Source: Chthoniobacteraceae bacterium (GTDB taxonomy: Bacteria; Verrucomicrobiota; Verrucomicrobiia; Chthoniobacterales; Chthoniobacteraceae). Taken from it: 29,976 nt of DNA. The stretch lies in contig JANNXQ010000073.1 in assembly GCA_031409655.1 (NCBI GenBank), forward strand, positions 1-29,976, given 5' to 3'. Numbering within the stretch: position 1 is the first letter of the stretch; each line of letters opens with the position of its first letter. The position numbers and the translations under genes are program-made. The notes under the pieces are model-generated. The model was given only the letters and a program-made list of their open reading frames with translations, ran no database searches and was not told where the DNA came from. Shown here in pieces: positions 16,720 through 28,344 of the stretch.

Positions 16720-18084
16720 ATGTGGAAAGGCCGCTTCCAACAAGAAACCTCCGCGCTGCTCCAACAGTACAGCGAGTCCATCAGCTTTGACTGGCGGCTC
16801 TGGCGGCAGGACATCGAAGGCTCCATCGCCCACTCCGCGGCGCTGCTGAAGGCCGGGCTGATCACCGCCGAGGAGCGGGAGGAAATCGTCACGGGCTTGC
16901 GCGCGATCGGCGCCGAGATCGAGGCGGGACAGTTTCCCTTCAAGACGGAGCTGGAGGACATCCACATGAATATCGAGGCCGAGCTCACGCGCCGCATTGG
17001 CGATGCCGGGGCCAAGCTGCACACCGCGCGCAGCCGCAATGATCAGGTGGCGCTCGATCTCCGACTCTATCTCCGCGCCGAATGCGACGCCATCACCGAC
17101 GCGCTCCGCGCCATGCAGCTCGCGCTCGTCGCGCTTGGCGAGCGCCATCGTGAAATCATCATCCCCGGTTACACCCATCTCCAGCGTGCTCAGCCCGTCT
17201 ATTTCGCGCACCATCTCCTCGCTTATGTGGAGATGTTTCAACGTGACCTCGAAAGGGTAGGGGACGCGCGCCGGCGGATGAATGTCCTCCCGCTTGGCTC
17301 CGGCGCCATCGCCGGCTCCACCATTCTCCTCGATCGGGAACTCGTCGCCCGCGAACTTAACTTCCCCGCCGTGACGCAAAACTCCATGGACGCCGTGAGC
17401 GACCGCGACTTCGCCGTCGAACTCCTCGCCGCGCTCGCCCTCGTCGCCGTGCATCTTTCCCGGCTCAGCGAAGACGTGATCCTGTGGGCCTCCAGCGAGT
17501 TTAAGTTCATCACCATCGGCGACGCTTTCACCACCGGCTCGTCCTTGATGCCGCAGAAAAAGAACCCCGACGTCGCCGAACTCACCCGCGGAAAATCCGG
17601 CCGCGTGATCGGCAATCTCGTCGCCCTCCTCACCCTGCTGAAAGGCCTGCCGATGACTTACAATCGCGACTTGCAGGAGGACAAAGAGCCCGTCTTCGAT
17701 AGCGTCGATACCGTGAAGGCCGCGCTCACCATCTTCGCCGCGATGCTCGCCACCGTGGAGGCAAACGCCGCCGCCTGCGCCACCGCCGTCGCCGACCCGA
17801 TGCTCCTCGCCACCGACCTCGCCGACTACCTCGTGAACCGCGGCATCCCCTTCCGCAAAGCGCACGAATGCATCGGCAAAGCCGTCGCCCTCTGTACCCA
17901 ACGTGGTTGCGACCTCCCGCAGCTCACCCTCGCCGAATACCAGTCAATCTCCCCCGTCTTTGCTGCGGATGTTTTCGAAATGCTCACCGTCGAGAAATCG
18001 ATGGCCGCGCGTCAGGCCATCGGCGCCCCCTCCCCGCAAAACGTCACCGCCCAGCTCGCCCGTTGGCGCGCCGCGCTCGGGTAG
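16720..18084 (+). CDS. argH: Argininosuccinate lyase
   Basis: MWKGRF, EDIHMNIE, LHTARSRNDQ, PGYTHLQRAQP, GSSLMPQKKNPD, YNRDLQEDKE. Confidence 0.98.
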   Translation: MWKGRFQQETSALLQQYSESISFDWRLWRQDIEGSIAHSAALLKAGLITAEEREEIVTGLRAIGAEIEAGQFPFKTELEDIHMNIEAELTRRIGDAGAKLHTARSRNDQVALDLRLYLRAECDAITDALRAMQLALVALGERHREIIIPGYTHLQRAQPVYFAHHLLAYVEMFQRDLERVGDARRRMNVLPLGSGAIAGSTILLDRELVARELNFPAVTQNSMDAVSDRDFAVELLAALALVAVHLSRLSEDVILWASSEFKFITIGDAFTTGSSLMPQKKNPDVAELTRGKSGRVIGNLVALLTLLKGLPMTYNRDLQEDKEPVFDSVDTVKAALTIFAAMLATVEANAAACATAVADPMLLATDLADYLVNRGIPFRKAHECIGKAVALCTQRGCDLPQLTLAEYQSISPVFAADVFEMLTVEKSMAARQAIGAPSPQNVTAQLARWRAALG

Positions 18085-18217
18085 CAGACGATCCCCTCAG
18101 CGAACGGCAAGCGCCCCGCCCCCACCCAACCCTTGGCGAGGCCGCACGCCCATGCTGCGAGCGGGTCGGTATGCGCATTTGGCGGCGGGGCAGACCGCTC
18201 TCGGTTCTCGAAACGAA

Positions 18218-19118
18218 TCACCCACTCCGTCGCTTCGACTTGGTGAAACGCGTGCTCACCATCTTCATCAGCTCAGCCGCGGCGCGGCTCGGAGGGCGTT
18301 GCTTTGGCCAGAAGGCGATGATCTGGCGCGAGGGCTTCGGCGCGGCGAGCGAGCGGTACACCGGCGCGTCGATCCTGCCGGCGGGGACGGCCATGGTCGG
18401 GATGAGTGAGATGCCGAGGCCGGCGGAGACGAGCGACTGGATGGTCTGCACCTGCGCGCTCCGGAAGGAGACGCGCGCCTGCACTTCGCGGCGGTCGCAG
18501 AAGCGCAGCACCTGGTCGCCGAGGCAGTGGCCTTCCTGCATCACGATCAGCCGTTCGCCGTCGAGGTCGTTGGCGTGGAGCGTGCGTTTGTGGGTGAGGG
18601 GATGGGTCGGTGGGAGGGCGAGGAGGAGTTCTTCGGAGAAGAGTTCGCGGATCTCGAGGCGCGCGTCCTGGATGGGATGGCTGGCCAGCGCGAAGTCGAT
18701 CTCGTAAGCGAGCGCGAGCTTGAGCAGGCGCGCAGTGGTGTCTTCCAAAACGGTGATTTCGACGCCGGGAAATTTCCCGATGAACGCGGGCAGGACCAGC
18801 GGGAGCAAATACGGCGCGATGGTCGGCAGCACGCCGATGGTCACGCCGCCGCGGAGGAGTTCGCGTGCGTCGGTGGCTTCGCGCTTCGCGGCATCGACTT
18901 CTTCGAGGATGCGCGCGGCGCGCTGGAGGAAAAGTTCGCCGGCGGGTGTGAGTTTTACCCCGGTCTTGAGCCGGTCGAAGAGGCGCTCGCCAAGTTCCTC
19001 CTCGAGCTTCTGGATCTGCTGGCTGAGCGAAGGCTGGGCGACGCGGCACTGCTCGGCGGCGCGGGAAAAATTCCCCGCGCGGGCGACGGCGACGGTGTAG
19101 CGGAGTTGGTGCATCTCC

Positions 19119-19120
<2 letters not shown>
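18218..19120 (-). CDS. oxyR: LysR-family peroxide sensor OxyR
   Basis: LysR HTH (NFSRAAEQCRVAQPSLSQQI); GVLPTIAPYLLP; EGHCLGDQVLRFC with two Cys 9 residues apart like C199/C208; divergent from katG. Confidence 0.88.
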
Positions 19121-21467
<2,347 letters not shown>

Positions 21468-21468
<1 letters not shown>

Positions 21469-21511
21469 GGGCGCCCCCGCCCCGTGAAGCTACTTGGGGC
21501 GAGGGCGCCCC
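21468..21511 (+). terminator. GC-rich hairpin directly after the katG stop (terminator or REP-like)
   Basis: GGGGCGCCCCCGCCCC / GGGGCGAGGGCGCCCC, 15 of 16 bp paired, 12-nt loop; no U-tract. Confidence 0.55.
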
Positions 21512-21571
21512 GGCGCCTTGAATTCCAGTCTTCCGCTTCGGCGGAAGCCAGTATTCGTTCGGCGCTTCCCC

Positions 21572-23176
21572 ATGCGCTTCCTGAACCGGATCTCCGTCCT
21601 TTCCGCCCTGAGTCTGGCCCTCGCCGGGTGCAGCACCGTGCCGCGGCGCGATGCCGCCGCTCTGCGGACCGCCACGGAGAGCCTGAAACTCGCGCGCAGC
21701 AAGACCCGCCCCGTGCCCGAGCGCGCCGCGTATTATCTCGAGGCGGCATCCACGGTGAAGGCCGGCTTCGCCACGCCAGACGCCGAACTTCGCGCGCGCA
21801 CCATCTACAACAGCGCCGCTGGAGAGCTCACCAACCTCCTGCGCACGGCCGAAGGCGGGCGGCTTTGGAATCGACCGCTGGAGGTGGCGGCCGGAGGCTT
21901 GAGCTACCAGTTGCGCTTCCAGCCCGGTGCGCGCCACGGCCTCTGGGAGCCGGACTACTTCACGGATTTCAAGCTCGCGAAAAAAGTGCGCCGCAAGCAT
22001 CTCCGCCAGTCGGTCACCGCGGAGGGCTTCGGCGGCACCCTCGTCGGGATCAAGAAAACGCCCGGCATCATTCCGGGGGATCCAGCGACCTTCGAGCCAA
22101 AGGGCGGCTTCGTCGCCCCGGTCACGGCCACGCTCGATTTCCGCCAGCGCGAGGTGACGCTCTCGCTCAACGATCCCAACGAACGCAAGACCGTGCGCGT
22201 CGGCGGCGCCGAGCGTCCGCTCGCCGCGGACTTCAGCGCGCCCTTGGCCTTTCATCCGATGCGCAATGAACTCTGGGCCGGGCTCATGGCGCTGATCCAA
22301 GTCGAGGAGCACCTGCGCGGCACGGGACTCTACATGATCGAGCCCTACGACCCCGATCGCATCCCCGTCATCTTCGTCCACGGCCTCGTCTCCACCCCGC
22401 AGATGTGGGTCAATACGATCAACGAAATGGAGGCCGATCCCGCGCTGCGCGGGCGGTATCAGTATTGGGTCTTCCGTTATCCCACGGGAAATCCACTCAC
22501 CTACTCTGCGATGCGCTGCCGCGAGGAACTCGCGCGCATCGAGCGTCTGCATCCGATGCCGCGCGGCTTCATCATGATCGGCCACAGCATGGGCGGGCTG
22601 ATCTCCCGGCTGCAGGCGACGAATGCCGGGCGCGCCCTCTGGGATGCGAATCTCGGGAAGCAGGCCGACAAGAAGTTCGCCAAACTGCCAACGGATAATC
22701 TCATCAAGCGAGCGCTGCTCTTTGATGCGAATCCAAAAGTCCGTCGCGTCGTCTTCATCTGCACCCCGCATCGCGGGAGCGGGCTGGCCATCGGCTCGCT
22801 CGGCGCGCTGGCGATGAAGGTCATCCAATTGCCGACCAGCCTCATCGCCACCTTCACGGATTCGATCGGCGACGTCTTCAGCGTCGTCGGCGGCCGCCCG
22901 GTGATCCCGAATGGCATCACCAGTCTCTCGCCGAGAAGTCCGTCGCTCATCGCCATGGACAAGCTGCCCATCCGCGCGCCGCATCACTCGATCATCGGCG
23001 ACCGTGGAAAAGGGAACTCTCCGCAGAGCTCCGATGGTGTCGTGCGATACGCGAGCGCGCATCTCGATGGTGCGCAGTCCGAGCTCATCGTCCCCGGTCC
23101 GCACAGGTCCCACGAGCTGCCGCAGACGATCGAGGAACTGCGCCGCATCCTGCGCGAGCACGTTGGCGGGAAGTGA
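21572..23176 (+). CDS. Lipoprotein alpha/beta hydrolase (lipase/esterase-like)
   Basis: Lipobox LALAG-C; oxyanion FVHGL; nucleophile GHSMGG; TPHRGS; SDGVV; C-terminal His in GPHRSH. Confidence 0.85.
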   Translation: MRFLNRISVLSALSLALAGCSTVPRRDAAALRTATESLKLARSKTRPVPERAAYYLEAASTVKAGFATPDAELRARTIYNSAAGELTNLLRTAEGGRLWNRPLEVAAGGLSYQLRFQPGARHGLWEPDYFTDFKLAKKVRRKHLRQSVTAEGFGGTLVGIKKTPGIIPGDPATFEPKGGFVAPVTATLDFRQREVTLSLNDPNERKTVRVGGAERPLAADFSAPLAFHPMRNELWAGLMALIQVEEHLRGTGLYMIEPYDPDRIPVIFVHGLVSTPQMWVNTINEMEADPALRGRYQYWVFRYPTGNPLTYSAMRCREELARIERLHPMPRGFIMIGHSMGGLISRLQATNAGRALWDANLGKQADKKFAKLPTDNLIKRALLFDANPKVRRVVFICTPHRGSGLAIGSLGALAMKVIQLPTSLIATFTDSIGDVFSVVGGRPVIPNGITSLSPRSPSLIAMDKLPIRAPHHSIIGDRGKGNSPQSSDGVVRYASAHLDGAQSELIVPGPHRSHELPQTIEELRRILREHVGGK

Positions 23177-23193
23177 CGCGGCGGTGATCGGCG

Positions 23194-23541
23194 TCAGGTC
23201 GTCGGCGGAGGCGCCCAGCCAAAGCGCACGCGCAGACGCCACCAGACAAAGCGCAGGAGCAGCGCATAGAGCACCCCGGCTCCGACGCTTTTGGCAAAGA
23301 GCCGCGCATACCAGGGCATCGAGTCGGCGGAAAGCTGGGTGATGGCCAGGTCCACGGGTATCTTCAGCCCTTGGGCGATGCGCACGGGCAATTGCAGCGG
23401 CACTTGTTTCACCCATTCCCCGAAAGGCTGGCTGGTCACGTGATGCCAGTGCCAGTTTGGGTCGAGCTTCGTGTCCGCCCAATCCGTGAGGCCGAAGAAG
23501 GCGAGCAGGATGAGGAAGAGTTTGGAACGGAGGAGACTCAT
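23194..23541 (-). CDS. Small hypothetical membrane protein
   Basis: 115 aa with hydrophobic N- and C-terminal segments; ATGA overlap with the upstream kinase stop. Confidence 0.65.
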   Translation of the reverse strand: MSLLRSKLFLILLAFFGLTDWADTKLDPNWHWHHVTSQPFGEWVKQVPLQLPVRIAQGLKIPVDLAITQLSADSMPWYARLFAKSVGAGVLYALLLRFVWWRLRVRFGWAPPPTT

Positions 23542-24461
23542 GCGGGTTCGAGGGATGGCGGTGGTTCGGGGTACTCCGGCTGACCGCCGGGCAGCGCGGC
23601 CACGATGCTGCCGAGCCGATTCGCGCGGCGGAGGATCGCGGGAAGATGGGTTGCGACGGGCTCCGTGAGAATGCCGTGGGCAAAGGCCGCGGTGAAAGCG
23701 TCGCCGGCACCGATGGTGTCGCAGACGGTGACCTTCGGCGAAGGCTCCTGGACGACGTTAAAGTCGTCCCACGCGGTCGCCCCGTGCTCGCCTTGCGTGA
23801 CGCAGATGCGCTTGCCGCCCGTGAGTTCACTGAGCGCAGCGACCGCTTCCGCAAGTTGACCGGCGCCAACGCTGCGTCCGGTGAGCTTCTCGACCTCGCC
23901 TTCGTTGAGCTTTATCCAATCAGCCTTGCGCACGAGCGCGAGGACGAGCGCGCTCTCGTCGAAGGGCGGGCGCAGATTCACGTCAATGATCCGCAGCGGG
24001 TTTTCGATCGCGAGCAGAGCTTCGAGCGTCTGGCGCGTGGTCTCGCGGCGCGACGCGAGCGTGCCGTAGATGATGGCGTGACTTTCCTGCGTGGCGCGGA
24101 CGACGGCCTCAGCGAATTGAATCTCATCCCACGCGACATTCTCGTGGATCGTGTAACGCGGCTGGCCGGCTTCGACAACGACATCGACCGTGCTCGTCGG
24201 CAGGGTCGGATGACGCTGAACGAATTCCGTCGAGAGTCCGCGTGAATCGAAATACTGGAGCATTTCATCGCCCGCCGCATCCCGTCCGACGGCCGAGACG
24301 ATCCGCGCCTCGCAGCCCATCTTGTGTAGATGATAGGCGACATTCAGCGGTGCGCCGCCCGGATGACGCTGGTCGCCGACGCAATCCCACAAGACTTCGC
24401 CGAAGCAGAGGATGCGGAGCTTTTGCTTTTGAGGATCGAGCGGCGGACCGGCCTTTCTCAT
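23538..24461 (-). CDS. PfkB-family carbohydrate kinase (fructokinase-like)
   Basis: Start MRKAG at 24461 (ATGA overlap with the MFS stop); FGEVLWD, GGAPLNVA, DVNLR, KLNEGE, DTIGAGDAF. Confidence 0.9.
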   Translation of the reverse strand: MRKAGPPLDPQKQKLRILCFGEVLWDCVGDQRHPGGAPLNVAYHLHKMGCEARIVSAVGRDAAGDEMLQYFDSRGLSTEFVQRHPTLPTSTVDVVVEAGQPRYTIHENVAWDEIQFAEAVVRATQESHAIIYGTLASRRETTRQTLEALLAIENPLRIIDVNLRPPFDESALVLALVRKADWIKLNEGEVEKLTGRSVGAGQLAEAVAALSELTGGKRICVTQGEHGATAWDDFNVVQEPSPKVTVCDTIGAGDAFTAAFAHGILTEPVATHLPAILRRANRLGSIVAALPGGQPEYPEPPPSLEPA

Positions 24462-25828
24462 GCCGGCGCGGTGTCGGCGTGGGGCTTCAAGTCCGGGAGC
24501 AGAAACCAAGCAACGAGCGCGCCGGGCACAAAGAGGAAGCCGGCGTAAAGCAGCGTCGTGCGGAAATCCACGCCCGCCGTGATGAAGCCCGAAAGCGCTA
24601 CGCCCAGCGCCGAGAAGATGCGCCCGATATTGTAGCAAAATCCCGCGCCGGTGGTGCGCAGCAGGACGGGAAAGAGCGGCGGCAGATACATGGTGAAAAG
24701 GCCGAAGACGCCGGAGAAAAACCCAACGAGCGGGAACCAAAACCAGACCAAAGACTCCCAATCGCGCGGTTGATAAAAGGTGGCAGACATCGCCACGAAG
24801 AAGCAGGCGTAGCAGGCGGCGATGGCGCGCCGATAGCCGAGGTGGCGCGCGAGAAAGGAGGCGAAGAAATTCCCGACGATCGACACGCCGATGATGAGGA
24901 AAAACGCGATGCTCACGATCTTCTGCTTCTCCGCGGCGATCCACTTTTCCTTTGCCACGGCCGGTGGCGGCGCGGAGTCCAGGGTTGCCGAGTGCGTCGC
25001 ATATTTCTCCGAAAGAGAAGCCGCCAGCTCCGGCAGACTGCGGAGGTGTTGCGCGTGCCAGAACATGAAGGCCCACCAGGCCGTGAGTCCCGTCGCACAC
25101 ACGATGATGAGCAGCACCGTGGTCCGGCGGACGTCCGCGAGGAAGAGATCCTTCACCCCTGGGATGCGGTCCGCGGCGCTCTTCGCGGCGTGCCATTCCG
25201 CCGGCTCCGGCACATGGCGACGGATCCAGAAGACGAGCAGCGCCGGCAGGATGCCGACGAGGAAAACCCATTTCGGATGCAGATCCGCCATCACGAAAGT
25301 GGCGAAGCAGGCGAGCAAGACACCCAGATTCACCGCCGTCTGCAGTACCGCCGCGATCCACGGCCGCCACCGCGCCGGCCACGTCTCCGAGAGCAGCGCC
25401 GAACCCACTGCCCACTCCCCACCGATGCCCAGCGCGGCGAGAAACCGGAAGATGAGCAGATGCCACCAAGTCTGCGCGAAGAAGGAGAGTCCGGTAAAAC
25501 AGGCGTAGGTGAGAATGGTCAGGCTCAAGGCGCGGCTGCGCCCGAGCACATCGCCGAGCCGCCCAAAGAACCCACCGCCAATTGCCCAGCCAAAAAGGAA
25601 CGCCGCCTGGATGATCCCGGCCTTGTCTTTCGCGATCACTCCCGCGGCTTCGCCGGTCAGCGTTGGCGATTCAAGGAGGATGAGCGTGGTGACGAAAGGC
25701 AGCGCGACCAGCCCGTAAAGATGCATGTCCAACCCGTCAAAGAGCCAGCCGAGCCACGCGGCGACGCCAGACTTTTTCTGCTGCGACGTCAGATCGCGGT
25801 AGAGCTGGGAATCACTGGGGGCGGACAT
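24458..25828 (-). CDS. MFS transporter
   Basis: WLFDGLD, motif A GRLGDVLGRSR, RFLAALGIGGEW, LRTTGAGFCYNIGR; about 12 TM helices. Confidence 0.92.
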   Translation of the reverse strand: MSAPSDSQLYRDLTSQQKKSGVAAWLGWLFDGLDMHLYGLVALPFVTTLILLESPTLTGEAAGVIAKDKAGIIQAAFLFGWAIGGGFFGRLGDVLGRSRALSLTILTYACFTGLSFFAQTWWHLLIFRFLAALGIGGEWAVGSALLSETWPARWRPWIAAVLQTAVNLGVLLACFATFVMADLHPKWVFLVGILPALLVFWIRRHVPEPAEWHAAKSAADRIPGVKDLFLADVRRTTVLLIIVCATGLTAWWAFMFWHAQHLRSLPELAASLSEKYATHSATLDSAPPPAVAKEKWIAAEKQKIVSIAFFLIIGVSIVGNFFASFLARHLGYRRAIAACYACFFVAMSATFYQPRDWESLVWFWFPLVGFFSGVFGLFTMYLPPLFPVLLRTTGAGFCYNIGRIFSALGVALSGFITAGVDFRTTLLYAGFLFVPGALVAWFLLPDLKPHADTAPA

Positions 25829-26138
25829 CAGGAGGCGCGAGGCTAGCGGCTGAGCGCGGCGGTGCGAGCGGGAAAATCGAGTGGGGATTGGGGCAAAGCG
25901 CTCGGGGGAGAAGTCCGGGAAGCGTGCCCGTCCCGGGCGCCGGGAGCGGCGTCCCGGCGCTCCCGAATTTCAAGTTGCACGCGGATGCAGGAGACGCGCT
26001 CGGCTGTCGGGTTGATTGCGGGAAGTCCGTGCCGGAAGGACTCTGGCACCAGCGCCTGATACCATCTCTCAGAAACAATCGGACCGTTTTACTCCTCCTC
26101 GTCTTGGGTGTGATTAAATGTGGAGCAGCGAAGTCTGA

Positions 26139-26330
26139 AGTCCCGGAGGGACCGCGGAGATTAGATACCGGTGGCGTCAGCCACCGGCTCGCGGAGAAAG
26201 TGAATCCGCCCCGGCAGGGGCGCTGGAACTCAATCGCCGCGACCGCTCCACCGCCGTTCCGGGGCGGGCTCGCTCGACGTGCGGTTCCGGTGGCTGACGC
26301 CACCGACTAGTTTCCGAAACGCTTCTGGCT
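26139..26330. repeat. Nested palindromic REP/REPIN- or MITE-like element
   Basis: Perfect 19-bp inverted repeat at 26169-26187 / 26287-26305, each copy itself a hairpin (CCGGTGGC-GTCA-GCCACCGG); inner imperfect IR at 26206-26222 / 26252-26267. Confidence 0.75.
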
Positions 26331-26463
26331 AGGAGCGAGGACGACAGGAAAGTCATCCCTTTAGAGGTTCTCAGGGAGTGGCGGCCCTGTTATGCCGGTC
26401 CACAACAGGCGCAGGGTCGCGCACTCGCGCGCTTTCTTTTCTACCGCCATCCACCTCTCTCCC

Positions 26464-27204
26464 ATGAAACTGAATACCTTCCTCGCCACAGCGCTCTTCG
26501 CCGGCACTGCCCTCACGGCGCACGCTTCGCTCGTCACTTGGGGCGCGGCGCAAAATATCACCGGCGACAGCGATGTGAGCACCACGGGCACGCTCGTGGG
26601 AGCGATCAATCTCGGGGGCGCGGGAGTGGGGAGCACGACGGTGAACACCGTGGCATTCACGGGCCTGGCGGTCAGTGGCAGCAGCGTCACCTCAGGCGAT
26701 TTCACGCTGGCCAGCGCGCCGGCCGCCGGGGTCGGCGATAACTCCCTGGGCTCGGGGTTCGCGCCTTTCACGAACTTATCGGCGGCTTATAAAACCCTGC
26801 TCGGCACCGGTGCGTTCACCACCGGTGGATCGGCGTTCACTCTGGCGCTGAACAACCTCACGGTGAACGCGTCTTACGAACTCCAATTTTGGACCAATTT
26901 TTCGGGATTCATCGATATCGGGGGCTCCACGGTGGCGACGGCGGGGAACGCGGTGACGCTCTCCCCGAGTACCAATGCCGGACCGTCCGGCGAGGGCGGT
27001 CTGGGGCAGTATGCGATCGGCACCTTCACCGCGAACGCCGCGACGCAGACGATCGCCTTCACCGGCACTAATCCGTTCATCGGCCCGCTGATCAATGGCT
27101 TTCAGCTCCGCCAGACCGCGGTGCCCCCTGCGGTCCCCGAACCCGGCACTGCCCTCGCGGGTTTGGCGCTGGTCGGCGTCCTGGGCCTGCGCCGGCGGCG
27201 GTAG
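26464..27204 (+). CDS. PEP-CTERM sorting-domain surface protein
   Basis: Signal peptide MKLNTFLATALFAGTALTAHA; Thr/Ser/Gly-rich body; C-terminal VPEPG + hydrophobic helix + RRRR. Confidence 0.93.
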   Translation: MKLNTFLATALFAGTALTAHASLVTWGAAQNITGDSDVSTTGTLVGAINLGGAGVGSTTVNTVAFTGLAVSGSSVTSGDFTLASAPAAGVGDNSLGSGFAPFTNLSAAYKTLLGTGAFTTGGSAFTLALNNLTVNASYELQFWTNFSGFIDIGGSTVATAGNAVTLSPSTNAGPSGEGGLGQYAIGTFTANAATQTIAFTGTNPFIGPLINGFQLRQTAVPPAVPEPGTALAGLALVGVLGLRRRR

Positions 27205-27248
27205 GAGAGTCGCCCGTCCCGAGGGCGATCCCGGGAGGGAAGGAGCGG

Positions 27249-28190
27249 TCAGCGGTACTCGATCCGTTTCACGCGAAGCTGGATTTCTTCGAGCAACTTC
27301 CGGTTCACCGCGATGATGTCGGCAACCAGTCCGAGGCCCCACATTTGCACTCCGACGAGGATCAGAATCGCCGCGAGGATGAGGCTCGGGGTGCGGGCGC
27401 GCGTGGGGTCTTCGGTGAAAAGCACGAGCCAGCGGATGCCGAGGAGCGTGCCAGCGGCGAAGGGCACGGTGCCGAGCCAGAGGAAGAAACGCAGCGGCTT
27501 ATAAGTGATGAAGATGCGGAGGATCGTGAGGATCGAGCGCTGGATGTAGGCGCGCATCGACTTCATCAGCCGCGAAGGACGCAGGAAGCCATTCGTGCGG
27601 ATGGGGACCGAGGTGATCGCCATGCCCTTCTGTCCAGCTTGGATGATCGTCTCGAGCGTGTAGGTGTATTCGCTGAAGACATTGAGCTGCATGGCGGCCG
27701 ACCGCGTGATCGCGCGGAAGCCACTTGGCGCATCCGGGATCTCGGTGCCGCTGGCCACGCGCACGACCCAGGAGCCGAGCTTTTGGAGCTGCTTTTTCAG
27801 CGGAGAAAAATGCTCGATCTCGGTGATCGACCGCGCGCCGACGACGATCGCGGCGTCTCCCTTGAGGATCGGTTCGAGGAGCTTCGGGATATCGTTCGCC
27901 TCGTATTGATTGTCGGCGTCCGTATTCACGATCACGTCCGCGCCGAGCCGCAGGCAGGCATCCAGCCCGGCCATGAAGCCGCGGGCGAGACCTTGATGGA
28001 AACCGAGATCGACGACGTGATCCACGCCATTCGCGCGAGCGACCTCGATGGTGCGATCTGTGGAGCCATCGTTGATGATCAGCCACTCCACCGTATCCAC
28101 GCCGGGCACCTGCCGCGGCAACGCCTTCAACGCCACGGCGAGCGTCTCCTCCTCATTGTAACAGGGCATCTGGATGATCAGCTTCTTCAC
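27249..28190 (-). CDS. Glycosyltransferase family 2 (DPM1-like, with C-terminal TM helices)
   Basis: GTG start VKKLIIQMPCYNEE; INDGSTD, NTDADNQY (DxD), DAPSGFRA; two C-terminal TM helices. Confidence 0.9.
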   Translation of the reverse strand: MKKLIIQMPCYNEEETLAVALKALPRQVPGVDTVEWLIINDGSTDRTIEVARANGVDHVVDLGFHQGLARGFMAGLDACLRLGADVIVNTDADNQYEANDIPKLLEPILKGDAAIVVGARSITEIEHFSPLKKQLQKLGSWVVRVASGTEIPDAPSGFRAITRSAAMQLNVFSEYTYTLETIIQAGQKGMAITSVPIRTNGFLRPSRLMKSMRAYIQRSILTILRIFITYKPLRFFLWLGTVPFAAGTLLGIRWLVLFTEDPTRARTPSLILAAILILVGVQMWGLGLVADIIAVNRKLLEEIQLRVKRIEYR

Positions 28191-28344
28191 GGGAGGGATG
28201 CTGAGTAGTGAGCGGCACCGGGTGAAGCAATGCTTTTTGCCCCGGCCACCTGGTTGGTGGGGCGGGGCGCCAGGTCTTCGGCTTTGACACGACGCTGCGA
28301 CCGGCTCTGACTCCGCATTTCGCCCCGGAAAATCCCGTCTCCCC

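Noticed and set aside
18085..18217. Structured RNA between convergent argH and oxyR
   Set aside because: Only an 8-bp GC-rich inverted repeat (GCCCCGCC/GGCGGGGC) around a long loop, which is expected by chance at this GC content.
26044..26060. TGGCAC as a sigma54 promoter for the PEP-CTERM gene
   Set aside because: No TTGC at the -12 position, and it lies about 400 nt from the start.
25888..26310. 140-aa and 163-aa ORFs in the MFS/PEP-CTERM spacer
   Set aside because: They run through palindromic repeats, are Pro/Arg/Gly-rich and show no protein-like features.
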